Part shown: positions 9,641-18,105 of the stretch, piece by piece
Position numbering within the stretch: position 1 is the stretch's first letter
Layout: every line of letters begins with the position of its first letter
Source of the DNA: Erythrobacter sp.
GTDB taxonomy: Bacteria; Pseudomonadota; Alphaproteobacteria; Sphingomonadales; Sphingomonadaceae
Direction of reading: 5' to 3'
Length of the DNA: 64,000 nucleotides
Assembly (NCBI RefSeq): GCF_011765465.1
Contig: NZ_CP050265.1
Span: 2,642,425-2,706,424, forward strand
Made by a program: the position numbers and the translations under genes
Notes under the pieces: generated by a model
Database searches by the model: none
What the model saw: only the letters and a program-made list of their open reading frames with translations
What the model was told of the DNA's origin: nothing

Positions 9641-11467
9641 TCAGCCGCCGCGCTTTTCGCGTGCGACCCAGTCCTCGACCCGTTCCTCGAGGATCGACAG
9701 CGGCACCGGCCCGCTCAGCAGCACGGTGTCGTGGAAGCCGCGATAATCGAAATCCTCGCCCAACTCGCCTTGCGCCATGTCGCGCAGTTCCATGATCTTC
9801 AATTTGCCGATCATGTAGGCGGTCGCCTGGCCGGGATAGACGATGTAACGCTCGATCGCCTTGACGATGTCGCCTTCGGGATTGGGCGTGTTGTCCTTGA
9901 GATACTGGATCGCCTCCTCGCGGCTCCAGCGCTTGGAATGGATGCCGGTGTCGACCACCAGCCGGCACGCCCGCCACAGCTCCATGCCGAGCCGCCCGAA
10001 ATCCGAATAAGGATCCTCGTAGAAGCCCATGTCCTTGCCGAGCTCCTCAGAATAGAGGCCCCAGCCCTCGGTATAGGCGGTCCACCCGCCGAAGCGGCGG
10101 AAGGGCGGCACGTCGCCGAGCTCGGTCTGGAGCGCGCGCTGGAGGTGATGGCCGGGCATCCCTTCGTGATAGGCGAGCGCTTCCAGCTCGTTCTTCGACA
10201 TATCCCTGAGATTGTAGAGATTGACGTAATAGGTGCCCGGCCTCGACCCGTCGACCGCGGGGCTCTGGTAGAATGCCTTCCCGGCGCTCTTCTCGCGGAA
10301 AGCCTCGACCGGCTTGATGATCATGTCCGCTTTGGGCAGCCTTCCGAAATATTGCGGCAGCTTCGCCTCGAGCGCGTCGAGCTTGGCCTGCGCATCGGCA
10401 AGGTATTCCTCGCGCGTGTCGTAGAAGAAGCGGTCGTCGGTGCGAGTGTATTCGAAGAAGTCCTGCAGGTCGCCATCAAAGCCGACCCGCTCCATGATCT
10501 TGCGCATCTCGCCGTGGATACGCTCGACCTGCTGCAGGCCGATTTCGTGAATTTCCTCGGCATCGAGATCGGTCGTGGTGTAGTTCTTGAGCAGCGCGGC
10601 GTAATAGGCTTCTCCGTTCGGGAAGCGCCACACGCCGTCGTCGGTCGGGGCCATCGGCTGCTGCCGCTTCAGTTCGGCGAGCAGGCGCTTGTAGGCGGGC
10701 AGGGCTTCGGCGTTCCAGGCGGCGACGGCATCGGCCTTCATCGCTGCGGTCGTTTCGGCATCGAGGCCGAGCGCCTCGACCTTCTTGGCGAAGTCCCTGA
10801 GAACGGCGTTGTCGTCGCCCGCCGCGATCAGTCCTTCGACGTCGGAAATCATGTAGGGATAGGTCCAGTCGGGCGGCATCACGCCCGCCTCGGCCCGCTC
10901 GGCGGCTTCGGCGATATGAGCGTCGAGCTGCGCCCCGATCCCGGCAATGCGCGAGACATAGGCTTCGGCATCGGAAACACTGCCGACGCGGTGGATGTTG
11001 ATGAGAAAGGCCGGGATGCCGGTGTGCGGGCCGGAGCGCTGGTCGAAGACATAGCCGAGCTCGCGATAGGGCCACAGCATCGCGCTGCGCTGCGCGGTGA
11101 GATCGAACAGGCGGTAGGACAGCGCGTCCTGTTCATCGAGCGTGGCGGGATCGTATTTCGCCCGCATCTGCGCGGCGGCATAGAGCAGCATAAGCGCTTC
11201 ACGCCGCTCGGCCTCATCGGAAACCTCGCCCCAGCGCCCGTAATCCTCGTCGCGGATGCCGCGATAAGCCTTGGTCGCCGGGCTCATTTCGAGCTGCGCC
11301 GCGTCATAGGCTTCGAACAGGTCGCCGATCGTTTCGGCCTCGGCGATTGCGGTCCAGGCATCCTCGGCGGCGGTCGCGCTCACCGGGGGCGGCGCGTCCT
11401 GCGCCGTAACAGCGCCGGCAGTGGCGAGTGCGAGGAGCGAAGTGGCGAGGAAACTGGTGCGACGCAT
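9641..11467 (-). CDS. DUF885-family exported metallopeptidase-like protein
   Basis: Signal peptide MRRTSFLATSLLALA; HEGMPGHHLQ, YTEGWGLYSE and PGQATAYMIGKL motifs. Confidence 0.88.
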   Translation of the reverse strand: MRRTSFLATSLLALATAGAVTAQDAPPPVSATAAEDAWTAIAEAETIGDLFEAYDAAQLEMSPATKAYRGIRDEDYGRWGEVSDEAERREALMLLYAAAQMRAKYDPATLDEQDALSYRLFDLTAQRSAMLWPYRELGYVFDQRSGPHTGIPAFLINIHRVGSVSDAEAYVSRIAGIGAQLDAHIAEAAERAEAGVMPPDWTYPYMISDVEGLIAAGDDNAVLRDFAKKVEALGLDAETTAAMKADAVAAWNAEALPAYKRLLAELKRQQPMAPTDDGVWRFPNGEAYYAALLKNYTTTDLDAEEIHEIGLQQVERIHGEMRKIMERVGFDGDLQDFFEYTRTDDRFFYDTREEYLADAQAKLDALEAKLPQYFGRLPKADMIIKPVEAFREKSAGKAFYQSPAVDGSRPGTYYVNLYNLRDMSKNELEALAYHEGMPGHHLQRALQTELGDVPPFRRFGGWTAYTEGWGLYSEELGKDMGFYEDPYSDFGRLGMELWRACRLVVDTGIHSKRWSREEAIQYLKDNTPNPEGDIVKAIERYIVYPGQATAYMIGKLKIMELRDMAQGELGEDFDYRGFHDTVLLSGPVPLSILEERVEDWVAREKRGG

Positions 11468-11560
11468 GGAAACCCTTTCGTGTCTCGGGAGCCGTCCGCG
11501 TGAACGCTCCCGCTTGTCGGCGCCGACATAGCGAAGGCGCGAACTATTGCAAAACGAACG

Positions 11561-11592
11561 AAAAAAGGGCGGCCCCCGAAAGGAGGCCGCCC
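11561..11592 (-). terminator. Rho-independent terminator on the minus strand
   Basis: Minus strand reads GGGCGGCCUCC-UUUC-GGGGGCCGCCC-UUUUUU. Confidence 0.85.
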
Positions 11593-11850
11593 ATCTGAGT
11601 TGAGGAACTCTTCGCATTTCTGCTCCGAGCCCTTCGGGTCGCAAAAATGCTTATAGGGAGCCTTGCGGCGGGATAATTGTATGCAAGCGACAGGCGGACG
11701 GAAGATTGCGCCGCGATCCATTCACCTAGGTTGGAATCCTTGAGGACAGGCGCGCTGCGCACACGCCGATGACGACCGTCATCGGAGCCGAACCGGCTGC
11801 GACCGAAAGCGATTCGGCAGGGGCTGAGCGGCTCCCGGCTCTCGACACCC
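11561..11850 (-). ncRNA. Candidate structured non-coding RNA, family not recognised; 5' end uncertain
   Basis: At least five stems in a gap with no credible ORF, a G-U pair that works only on the minus strand, a GCAA tetraloop, and its own terminator. Confidence 0.5.
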
Positions 11851-11881
11851 GCGCGGGGTGTGGCATAGGCATCGACCGGCC

Positions 11882-12922
11882 ATGCTGTTCGACCTCCTGA
11901 AACCCGCGATCTTCGCGCTCGACCCGGAACGGGGGCATCGCCTCGCGATCGGCGCGCTCAAAGCGCTGCCCGCCCTGCCCCCGCCGCGGCCCGGGGCGCT
12001 GGCGATCGATGTCGCGGGGCTTTCCTTCCCCAACCCGGTCGGGGTCGCGGCGGGCTTCGACAAGGATGCCGAAGTGCCGGGCGCGCTGCTCGGCCTCGGC
12101 TTCGGCTTCACCGAGGTCGGCTCGATCACCCCGCTGCCGCAGGCGGGCAATCCGCGCCCGCGCCTGTTCCGGCTCGCCGAGGACGAAGCCGTGATCAACC
12201 GCATGGGATTCAACAATGCCGGGGCCGAAGCGGCGCTTGCCCGGCTGAAGGCGCGCGCGGGGCGGCCGGGCATCGTCGGGGTCAATATCGGCGCGAACAA
12301 GGACGCCGCCGACCGCATCGCCGACTACGCGACGATGGCGCGGCTGATGACGCCTTACGCCTCCTATCTCGCGGTCAATGTCTCCAGCCCCAACACGCCG
12401 GGCCTGCGCGCGCTGCAGGACGAAGGTGCGCTGACCGCGCTGCTCGACGCGGTGATCGCCGAGCGCGACGCGGCTTCGGGGGCGGTGACACCGCCCGTCT
12501 TCCTCAAGGTCGCGCCCGACCTTACCCCGGCGGATGTCGATGCCATCGCGCGGATCGCGCTGGACAAGGCGCTCGGCGCGCTGATCGTGTCCAACACCAC
12601 CGTCTCGCGGCCCGACCTCGCTTCGCGGCACAGGGGCGAGACGGGCGGGCTGTCGGGCGCGCCGCTGCGCACGCTCGCATTGCGGCGGCTGCGCGAATTC
12701 CGGCAGGCGACGGGCGGGGCGATCCCGCTGGTCGGGGTCGGCGGCATCGCCAGCGCCGAGGACGCCTGGGAGCGCATCCGCGCGGGCGCGAGCCTCGTGC
12801 AGCTCTATTCGGCGATGGTGTTCGAAGGTCCGGGCCTCGGCGGGCGAATCGTCAAGCGGCTGGAGACGCTGATGCGCCGCGACGGCTTCGCAAGCATTGC
12901 AGAGGCGGTGGGAAGCGAATAG
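11882..12922 (+). CDS. pyrD: Quinone-dependent dihydroorotate dehydrogenase
   Basis: AAGFDKDAE, VGSITPLPQAGNPRPR, NRMGFNN, NVSSPNTPGLR and GGLSG motifs. Confidence 0.95.
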   Translation: MLFDLLKPAIFALDPERGHRLAIGALKALPALPPPRPGALAIDVAGLSFPNPVGVAAGFDKDAEVPGALLGLGFGFTEVGSITPLPQAGNPRPRLFRLAEDEAVINRMGFNNAGAEAALARLKARAGRPGIVGVNIGANKDAADRIADYATMARLMTPYASYLAVNVSSPNTPGLRALQDEGALTALLDAVIAERDAASGAVTPPVFLKVAPDLTPADVDAIARIALDKALGALIVSNTTVSRPDLASRHRGETGGLSGAPLRTLALRRLREFRQATGGAIPLVGVGGIASAEDAWERIRAGASLVQLYSAMVFEGPGLGGRIVKRLETLMRRDGFASIAEAVGSE

Positions 12923-12933
12923 CGAACCGCGCC

Positions 12934-14646
12934 ATGAACGACCTGCTCAAACGCCTCGCGCCGCTCGCGCTCGGTCTCGCCCTTGGCGGCTGCGCCACTC
13001 TCGAAGCCCCGGACGCCGCCCCGCCGCCAGCCGCAATCGAGGGCGCGGTCAGCGCCGCCGACCCGCGCGCCGAGGAAGCGGGCCGGGCAATCCTCGCGAA
13101 AGGCGGCTCTGCGACCGACGCGGCAATCGCGGTGATGCTGGCGCTGACCGTGGTCGAGCCGCAGAGCTCCGGCATCGGCGGGGGCGGCTTCATGGTCCGC
13201 GCCGGGGAACAGGGCGTGACCACTTTCGACGGGCGCGAAACCGCGCCCGCCAGCGCCACCGCGACCCGCTTTCTGGATGAGGACGGCAAGCCGCTCCCGC
13301 GCGACGAGCGCGTTACCTCGGGCCTCAGCGTCGGCGTTCCGGGCAATATCGCGCTCGCCGCCATGGCTCATGCCGAACACGGGAAACTGCCGTGGCGCGA
13401 ATTGTTCCAGCCCGCCATCGCGCTCGCCCGCGACGGGTTCCTCGTCAATCGCCGGCTCAACGGATCGCTCGATGATGCCGAGGGCCGCGCCGACCGCGAT
13501 GCCGCCGCGCGGGTGGTGTTCTTCGGCGCGGACGGCGAACCGCGGCCTGTGGGTGAGCGCGTGACGGTCCCCACGCTCGCCAATACGCTCGAGCAGATCG
13601 CCGAGGCCGGACCGCAAGCCTTCTATGAGGGCGGCGCGGCGGCGCTCGCGTCCTATGTCGCGCAGGAAACCCCGCAGGACGGGAAAATGACCGCCGAGGA
13701 CATTCGCGCCTATAGGGCGAAGGAGCGCGAGGCGGTGTGCGCGCCCTACCGCGCCTACCGCGTGTGCGGCATGGGCCCACCGTCCTCGGGCGGGGTCGCG
13801 GTGGCGCAGATCCTCGCCCAGCTCGAACGCTTCGACCTTGCCGAACTCGGCCCTGAAAGCGTCGCCTTCTGGCACCTCTTTCTCGAATCCCAGCGGCTCG
13901 CCTATGCCGACCGCGAGCTCTATCTAGCTGACAGCGATTTCGTCGAAGTGCCCGTCGCGGGCTTGCTCGATCCCGCCTACCTCGCCCGGCGCTCGGCCCT
14001 GATCGACCCGGCCAAGGCGCTGGAAGCCGCCGAGCCCGGCACCCCGCCCGGCGCTCCGCAGGCGCGCGCCGACGGGGACGAGCCGGCGGAGAACGGCACC
14101 TCGCATTTCGCCGTGGTCGACGGCGCGGGCAATGCGGTCAGCTACACCTCCACCGTCGAGGGCGCGTTCGGATCGGGCCTGTTCTGGGGCGGCTTCTATC
14201 TCAACAACGAACTGACCGATTTCAGCCTCACGCCCGAAAAGGACGGCGTTCCCGTCGCCAACCGGGTCGAAGGGGGCAAGCGCCCGCGTTCCTCGATGGC
14301 GCCGACCATCGTGTTCGACGCCGATGGCGAGATCGTCCTCGTGATCGGCGCGGCGGGCGGGCCGACCATCCCGGTGCAGGTCGCGCGCTCGATCATCGGC
14401 GTGGTCGATTTCGGCATGAGCGCCGAAGAAGCGCTCGGCCTGCCGCTCATCATGGCGTTCGGCTCGACCGTCATCATCGAGGACGACAGCGTGCTCACCT
14501 TCATGACCGAGGCGCTGAAGGCGATGGGCCACGAGCAGGTCCGCAGCTTCTCGCCGTCGCTCAAGGCCAATGCGCTGCGCCGCACGCCGCAGGGCTGGGA
14601 AAGCGCGCGCGACCCTCGGATCGAACCGAAACTGGGCTATGAATGA
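12934..14646 (+). CDS. ggt: Gamma-glutamyltransferase (lipoprotein signal)
   Basis: LTVVEPQSSGIGGG, nucleophile Thr in GTSHFAVVD, NNELTDF and KRPRSSM motifs. Confidence 0.93.
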   Translation: MNDLLKRLAPLALGLALGGCATLEAPDAAPPPAAIEGAVSAADPRAEEAGRAILAKGGSATDAAIAVMLALTVVEPQSSGIGGGGFMVRAGEQGVTTFDGRETAPASATATRFLDEDGKPLPRDERVTSGLSVGVPGNIALAAMAHAEHGKLPWRELFQPAIALARDGFLVNRRLNGSLDDAEGRADRDAAARVVFFGADGEPRPVGERVTVPTLANTLEQIAEAGPQAFYEGGAAALASYVAQETPQDGKMTAEDIRAYRAKEREAVCAPYRAYRVCGMGPPSSGGVAVAQILAQLERFDLAELGPESVAFWHLFLESQRLAYADRELYLADSDFVEVPVAGLLDPAYLARRSALIDPAKALEAAEPGTPPGAPQARADGDEPAENGTSHFAVVDGAGNAVSYTSTVEGAFGSGLFWGGFYLNNELTDFSLTPEKDGVPVANRVEGGKRPRSSMAPTIVFDADGEIVLVIGAAGGPTIPVQVARSIIGVVDFGMSAEEALGLPLIMAFGSTVIIEDDSVLTFMTEALKAMGHEQVRSFSPSLKANALRRTPQGWESARDPRIEPKLGYE

Positions 14647-14771
14647 AGCCGGCCCGTTGGCCGCGCAAGCTTGCCGCTACGGCAGACTGCCCCTAGTTCT
14701 GTAATGCATGAGGGCCCCGAAAAGGGCTGAGTGACACGGTCCCCCGTCAGGGGACGAGGAGTTGAGCCAAA

Positions 14772-16658
14772 GTGCACGCGACCCAACCGCCCGCTTCCGC
14801 GTCGAGAGTATCGGCAAGCGCTTTCGACGATCCGCTGCTGCGGGACATCGAGAATGCGAACAACCTCGTCGAGCTTTTCCTGAAACGCGCCGACGAGAAG
14901 AGCGATGCCCCCTTCCTCGGCGCGAAGATCGAGGGCGAATGGCGCACCCGGTCCTGGCGCGAAGTCGCGGACACGGTCTGCCTGCTCGCCGAAAGCCTGC
15001 GCGGGCTCGGCCTTTCGGACGGGGACAAGGTCGCGCTCGTCTCGGAAAACCGCCCGGAATGGTGCATCGCGGACCTCGCGATCATGGCGGCGGGCTGCAT
15101 CACCGTGCCGACCTACACGACCAACACACGGCGCGACCACGCGCACATCCTCGACAATTCCTGCGCGCGCGCCGTGATCGTCTCGACCGAGAAACTGCTC
15201 GGCCCGCTGGTGGGCGCGATCGGCCAGACCGGCATGATCGAGCACGTCATCGGTATCGAGAACCTTCACCGCCAGCAGGCCGGCAGCTTCGACTACCACG
15301 ACTGGGACAGCCTCACACAGGGCGATGCCGCCGCCGCGCGCATCGCGGTCGAGGAGCGGATCGGCAAGATCACGCGCGAGGACACGGCCTGCTTCATCTA
15401 CACCAGCGGAACCGGCGGCGCGCCGCGCGGGGTGATGCAGCACCACGGGGCGATCCTGTGCAACGTCGCGGGCGCGGCCGAAGTGCTGATCGAGGATTTC
15501 GGCATCACCGACGAGCGCTTCCTCTCGTTCCTCCCGCTCTCCCACGCCTATGAGCACACCGGCGGACAATACCTGCCGATCGGGGTCGGCGCGGAAATCT
15601 TCTATTCCGAAGGGCTCGAAAAGCTCGCTTCCAACATCGAGGAAACGCGCCCGACCATCATGGTCGTCGTCCCGCGCCTGTTCGAAGTGCTGCGCAGCCG
15701 GATCATGAAGCAGGTCGAAAAGCAGGGCAAGGTCGCCAACTACATGATGGACGCGGCCCTGCGCATCGCCGACAAGTCGAAGGAAGGGAAAAAGCGCCTG
15801 CGCGACCGGCCGCTCGATTTCCTGGTCGAAAGAACGCTGCGGCCAAAGATCCGCGAGAAATTCGGCGGGCGGATCAAGGCGATGGTTTCGGGCGGCGCGC
15901 CGCTCAATCCCGAAGTCGGCAATTTCTTCGAGGCGATGGGCCTCACCATGCTGCAGGGCTACGGCCAGACCGAGGCCGGGCCGGTGATCGCCTGCAATAG
16001 GCCCAAGGTCGGGCTCAAGATGGACACGGTCGGCCCACCCCTGCGCGGCGTCGAGGTGAAAATCGCCGAGGACGGGGAAATCCTGTGCCGGGGCGAGCTC
16101 GTCATGCACGGCTATTGGCAGAACGCGGCGGAAACCGCGCGCACGATCAAGCCCGATCCGAACGATCCCGAAGGCGGCCCGTGGCTCCACACCGGCGACA
16201 TCGGTGAGATCGACGCGAAGGGCCGGATCAAGATCACCGACCGCAAGAAGGATCTCATCGTCAACGACAAGGGCGACAATGTCGCCCCGCAGAAGATCGA
16301 GGGGATGCTCACGCTCCAGCCGGAAATCGCGCAGGCGATGGTGAGCGGGGACAAGCGCCCCTATGTCGTCGGCCTGATCGTGCCCGATGCAGAATGGGCG
16401 CTGGAATGGGCGCGCGCCAATGGCGAGAAGTTCGACATGACGGCGCTGCAGGACCTCCCCGCCTTCAGGAAGGCGGTGCGCGAGGCGGTCGACCGGACCA
16501 ACGCCGACCTTTCGGTGATCGAGAAGGTGCGCAAGTTCGAATTCGCGGACGAAGCCTTCACCATCGAGAACGAGGAAATGACCCCCTCGATGAAAATCCG
16601 CCGCCACAAGATCCGCGAACGTTATGCCGAGCGGATCGACGGGATGTACAAGAGCTAG
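14772..16658 (+). CDS. Long-chain fatty acid-CoA ligase (AMP-binding family)
   Basis: YTSGTGGAPRG, QGYGQTEAGP and WLHTGDIG motifs; GAGGAG RBS about 10 nt upstream of the GTG start. Confidence 0.9.
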   Translation: MHATQPPASASRVSASAFDDPLLRDIENANNLVELFLKRADEKSDAPFLGAKIEGEWRTRSWREVADTVCLLAESLRGLGLSDGDKVALVSENRPEWCIADLAIMAAGCITVPTYTTNTRRDHAHILDNSCARAVIVSTEKLLGPLVGAIGQTGMIEHVIGIENLHRQQAGSFDYHDWDSLTQGDAAAARIAVEERIGKITREDTACFIYTSGTGGAPRGVMQHHGAILCNVAGAAEVLIEDFGITDERFLSFLPLSHAYEHTGGQYLPIGVGAEIFYSEGLEKLASNIEETRPTIMVVVPRLFEVLRSRIMKQVEKQGKVANYMMDAALRIADKSKEGKKRLRDRPLDFLVERTLRPKIREKFGGRIKAMVSGGAPLNPEVGNFFEAMGLTMLQGYGQTEAGPVIACNRPKVGLKMDTVGPPLRGVEVKIAEDGEILCRGELVMHGYWQNAAETARTIKPDPNDPEGGPWLHTGDIGEIDAKGRIKITDRKKDLIVNDKGDNVAPQKIEGMLTLQPEIAQAMVSGDKRPYVVGLIVPDAEWALEWARANGEKFDMTALQDLPAFRKAVREAVDRTNADLSVIEKVRKFEFADEAFTIENEEMTPSMKIRRHKIRERYAERIDGMYKS

Positions 16659-16689
16659 GCGCAGGGGCCTCGCATCGGACGACTTCGCG

Positions 16690-17028
16690 TCAGTCCCGCG
16701 CCCGCAGCACGGCGAGATAGGCGGAAAGGTTCTCGACGTCGCCCTCTTCGAAGACGAAGACCGGCATTTCGGACGTGTGGCCGAGCTTCACCCCGCGTTC
16801 GAGCGAGCCTTCGACGACCCATTCGGGCAGGCGCCTGGCGACGCGGCGCAGGCTCGGGGCGTCGGCATTGGGCGAGACGCCGTCATCCATCGCGTGACAT
16901 CCGGCGCAATTCGCCTGCGCGAAGGCGCGGCCCTTGGCCGCGTCCTCGGGCAAGGTGACGGTATTGCGGTCCGTCGCGCAACCTGCCGCGAGCAACGCAG
17001 CGGAAAGAATGGAAATCTGCCTCAACAC
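16690..17028 (-). CDS. Small monoheme cytochrome c lipoprotein
   Basis: GTG at 17028 after GAGGA; lipobox LAAGC; CAGCH heme-binding motif; distal EMP Met. Confidence 0.8.
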   Translation of the reverse strand: MLRQISILSAALLAAGCATDRNTVTLPEDAAKGRAFAQANCAGCHAMDDGVSPNADAPSLRRVARRLPEWVVEGSLERGVKLGHTSEMPVFVFEEGDVENLSAYLAVLRARD

Positions 17029-17088
17029 GAACGATCCTCGCGCCGCAGGCGATAGCGCAGGGCGGGGGGCGGGCACAAGCGCGTGCGT

Positions 17089-17661
17089 TCAGGCCGCTTC
17101 GGCTTCTCCGACGTGTTCGGGGAAAAAGCGCGGGTGCGCCTTCGACCAACCGGGCGCGGTCGCTGCGGCTTCGGAGAGCGATTGGAGCAGCACCTTGCGC
17201 CGCTCGGGCCGGATCTGCGGCAGCGCGGCGGCGGCGCAGAAGGCGGAGGGCAGGAAAGGCCGAATCTCCGGCCCGATCAGGCGTTCATAGAGGAAGCGGA
17301 AGGCGGAGAAGCTTGCGATCCGGTCCTGTTCGAGATCGAAGGCGGCGATCCGCACCAGCTTGCCGAGGAAGTGTTCGAGCTCCCCCGCGCTGTCCGCAGC
17401 CGGGACCATCGCGCGCAGGGCCTTGAGGTCCTGGTAGGCGACATATTGCCGCCGGATCGAAACCCGCGCGCGCTCGGTCGTGCCCCACAGGCGGAACGCG
17501 TCGCAGCGGGCGAGGCCGATGTCGAGGCTGCGTTTGATATAGGATTGTTCGCTTGGGCCGAACCCGGCGAATTCCCGCATCTCGCCGATGGCGAGCGGGC
17601 TGGTGCTGGCAAGTGTCACGGGCTGGTCCTCCCTTGTGATGGGAGGAATGTCGCCTGACAT
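17089..17661 (-). CDS. Conserved hypothetical protein
   Basis: 190-aa ORF with host-like codon usage (EMREFAGF...YERL...PSAF...QSLSEAAATAPGWS); start uncertain. Confidence 0.75.
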   Translation of the reverse strand: MSGDIPPITREDQPVTLASTSPLAIGEMREFAGFGPSEQSYIKRSLDIGLARCDAFRLWGTTERARVSIRRQYVAYQDLKALRAMVPAADSAGELEHFLGKLVRIAAFDLEQDRIASFSAFRFLYERLIGPEIRPFLPSAFCAAAALPQIRPERRKVLLQSLSEAAATAPGWSKAHPRFFPEHVGEAEAA

Positions 17662-17766
17662 GGTTAATTATGCGTTAGCCGAGAGGGCACGCGACCACGC
17701 CGGGGCCGAAAAAGTCCGGCCGATGACGGCGCTTACGCCTCGGGGCGTGTCTCGCGTCGTGCGAAT

Positions 17767-18104
17767 TCACGGTCTCAGGTTCGGAAAAGGCCGGTAGGCC
17801 GATACCAAGCACACCACTGCGCCCAAGAAAAAGAAAGAGAAAGCCAGCCAATTAGCGATGTCCTCCGGCAAACCGCTGTTGTGGAACAGGGAGCAAACCT
17901 TCGAGGCCGCGTGACCGACGAGCTGGCCGTGCAGGAGCGAGAAACTTAATTCGTATTTGCGCAGAATCACCACTGCCGCGATCATGACGAGCGCCGCGAT
18001 GACGGGATTGCGATCCACGGAAACTCGGTCATTACGTATAACCCGACAGCGTACCCGAAGAGCGACCAACGGATCTTTGCGAGGATCCGAAATTCGTCCT
18101 CCAT
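17767..18104 (-). pseudogene. Lower-GC small membrane-protein gene apparently split by a 1-nt frameshift near 18004-18006
   Basis: ATG at 18104 (1 nt after the thiG stop) gives MEDEFRILAKIRWSLFGYAVGLYVMTEFPWIAIP; the hydrophobic continuation VIAALVMIAAVVILRK...FSFFFLGAVVCLV lies in another frame. Confidence 0.45.
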
Positions 18105-18105
18105 G

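Noticed and set aside
11544-11762. 72-aa minus-strand ORF within the candidate ncRNA
   Set aside because: No RBS, atypical codon usage, and it runs through the terminator; RNA structure explains the region better.
11561-11850. Identity as tmRNA, 6S, SRP, RNase P RNA, or a TPP/SAM/cobalamin/glycine riboswitch
   Set aside because: Hallmarks not found: no ANDN-type tag or T-loop/CCA, no GAGGAAAGUCC, no GGAAGGAAGCAG-like SRP core, no riboswitch cores. An Rfam search is still required to exclude less familiar families.
14637-16607. 656-aa minus-strand ORF
   Set aside because: Antisense shadow of the acyl-CoA ligase gene.
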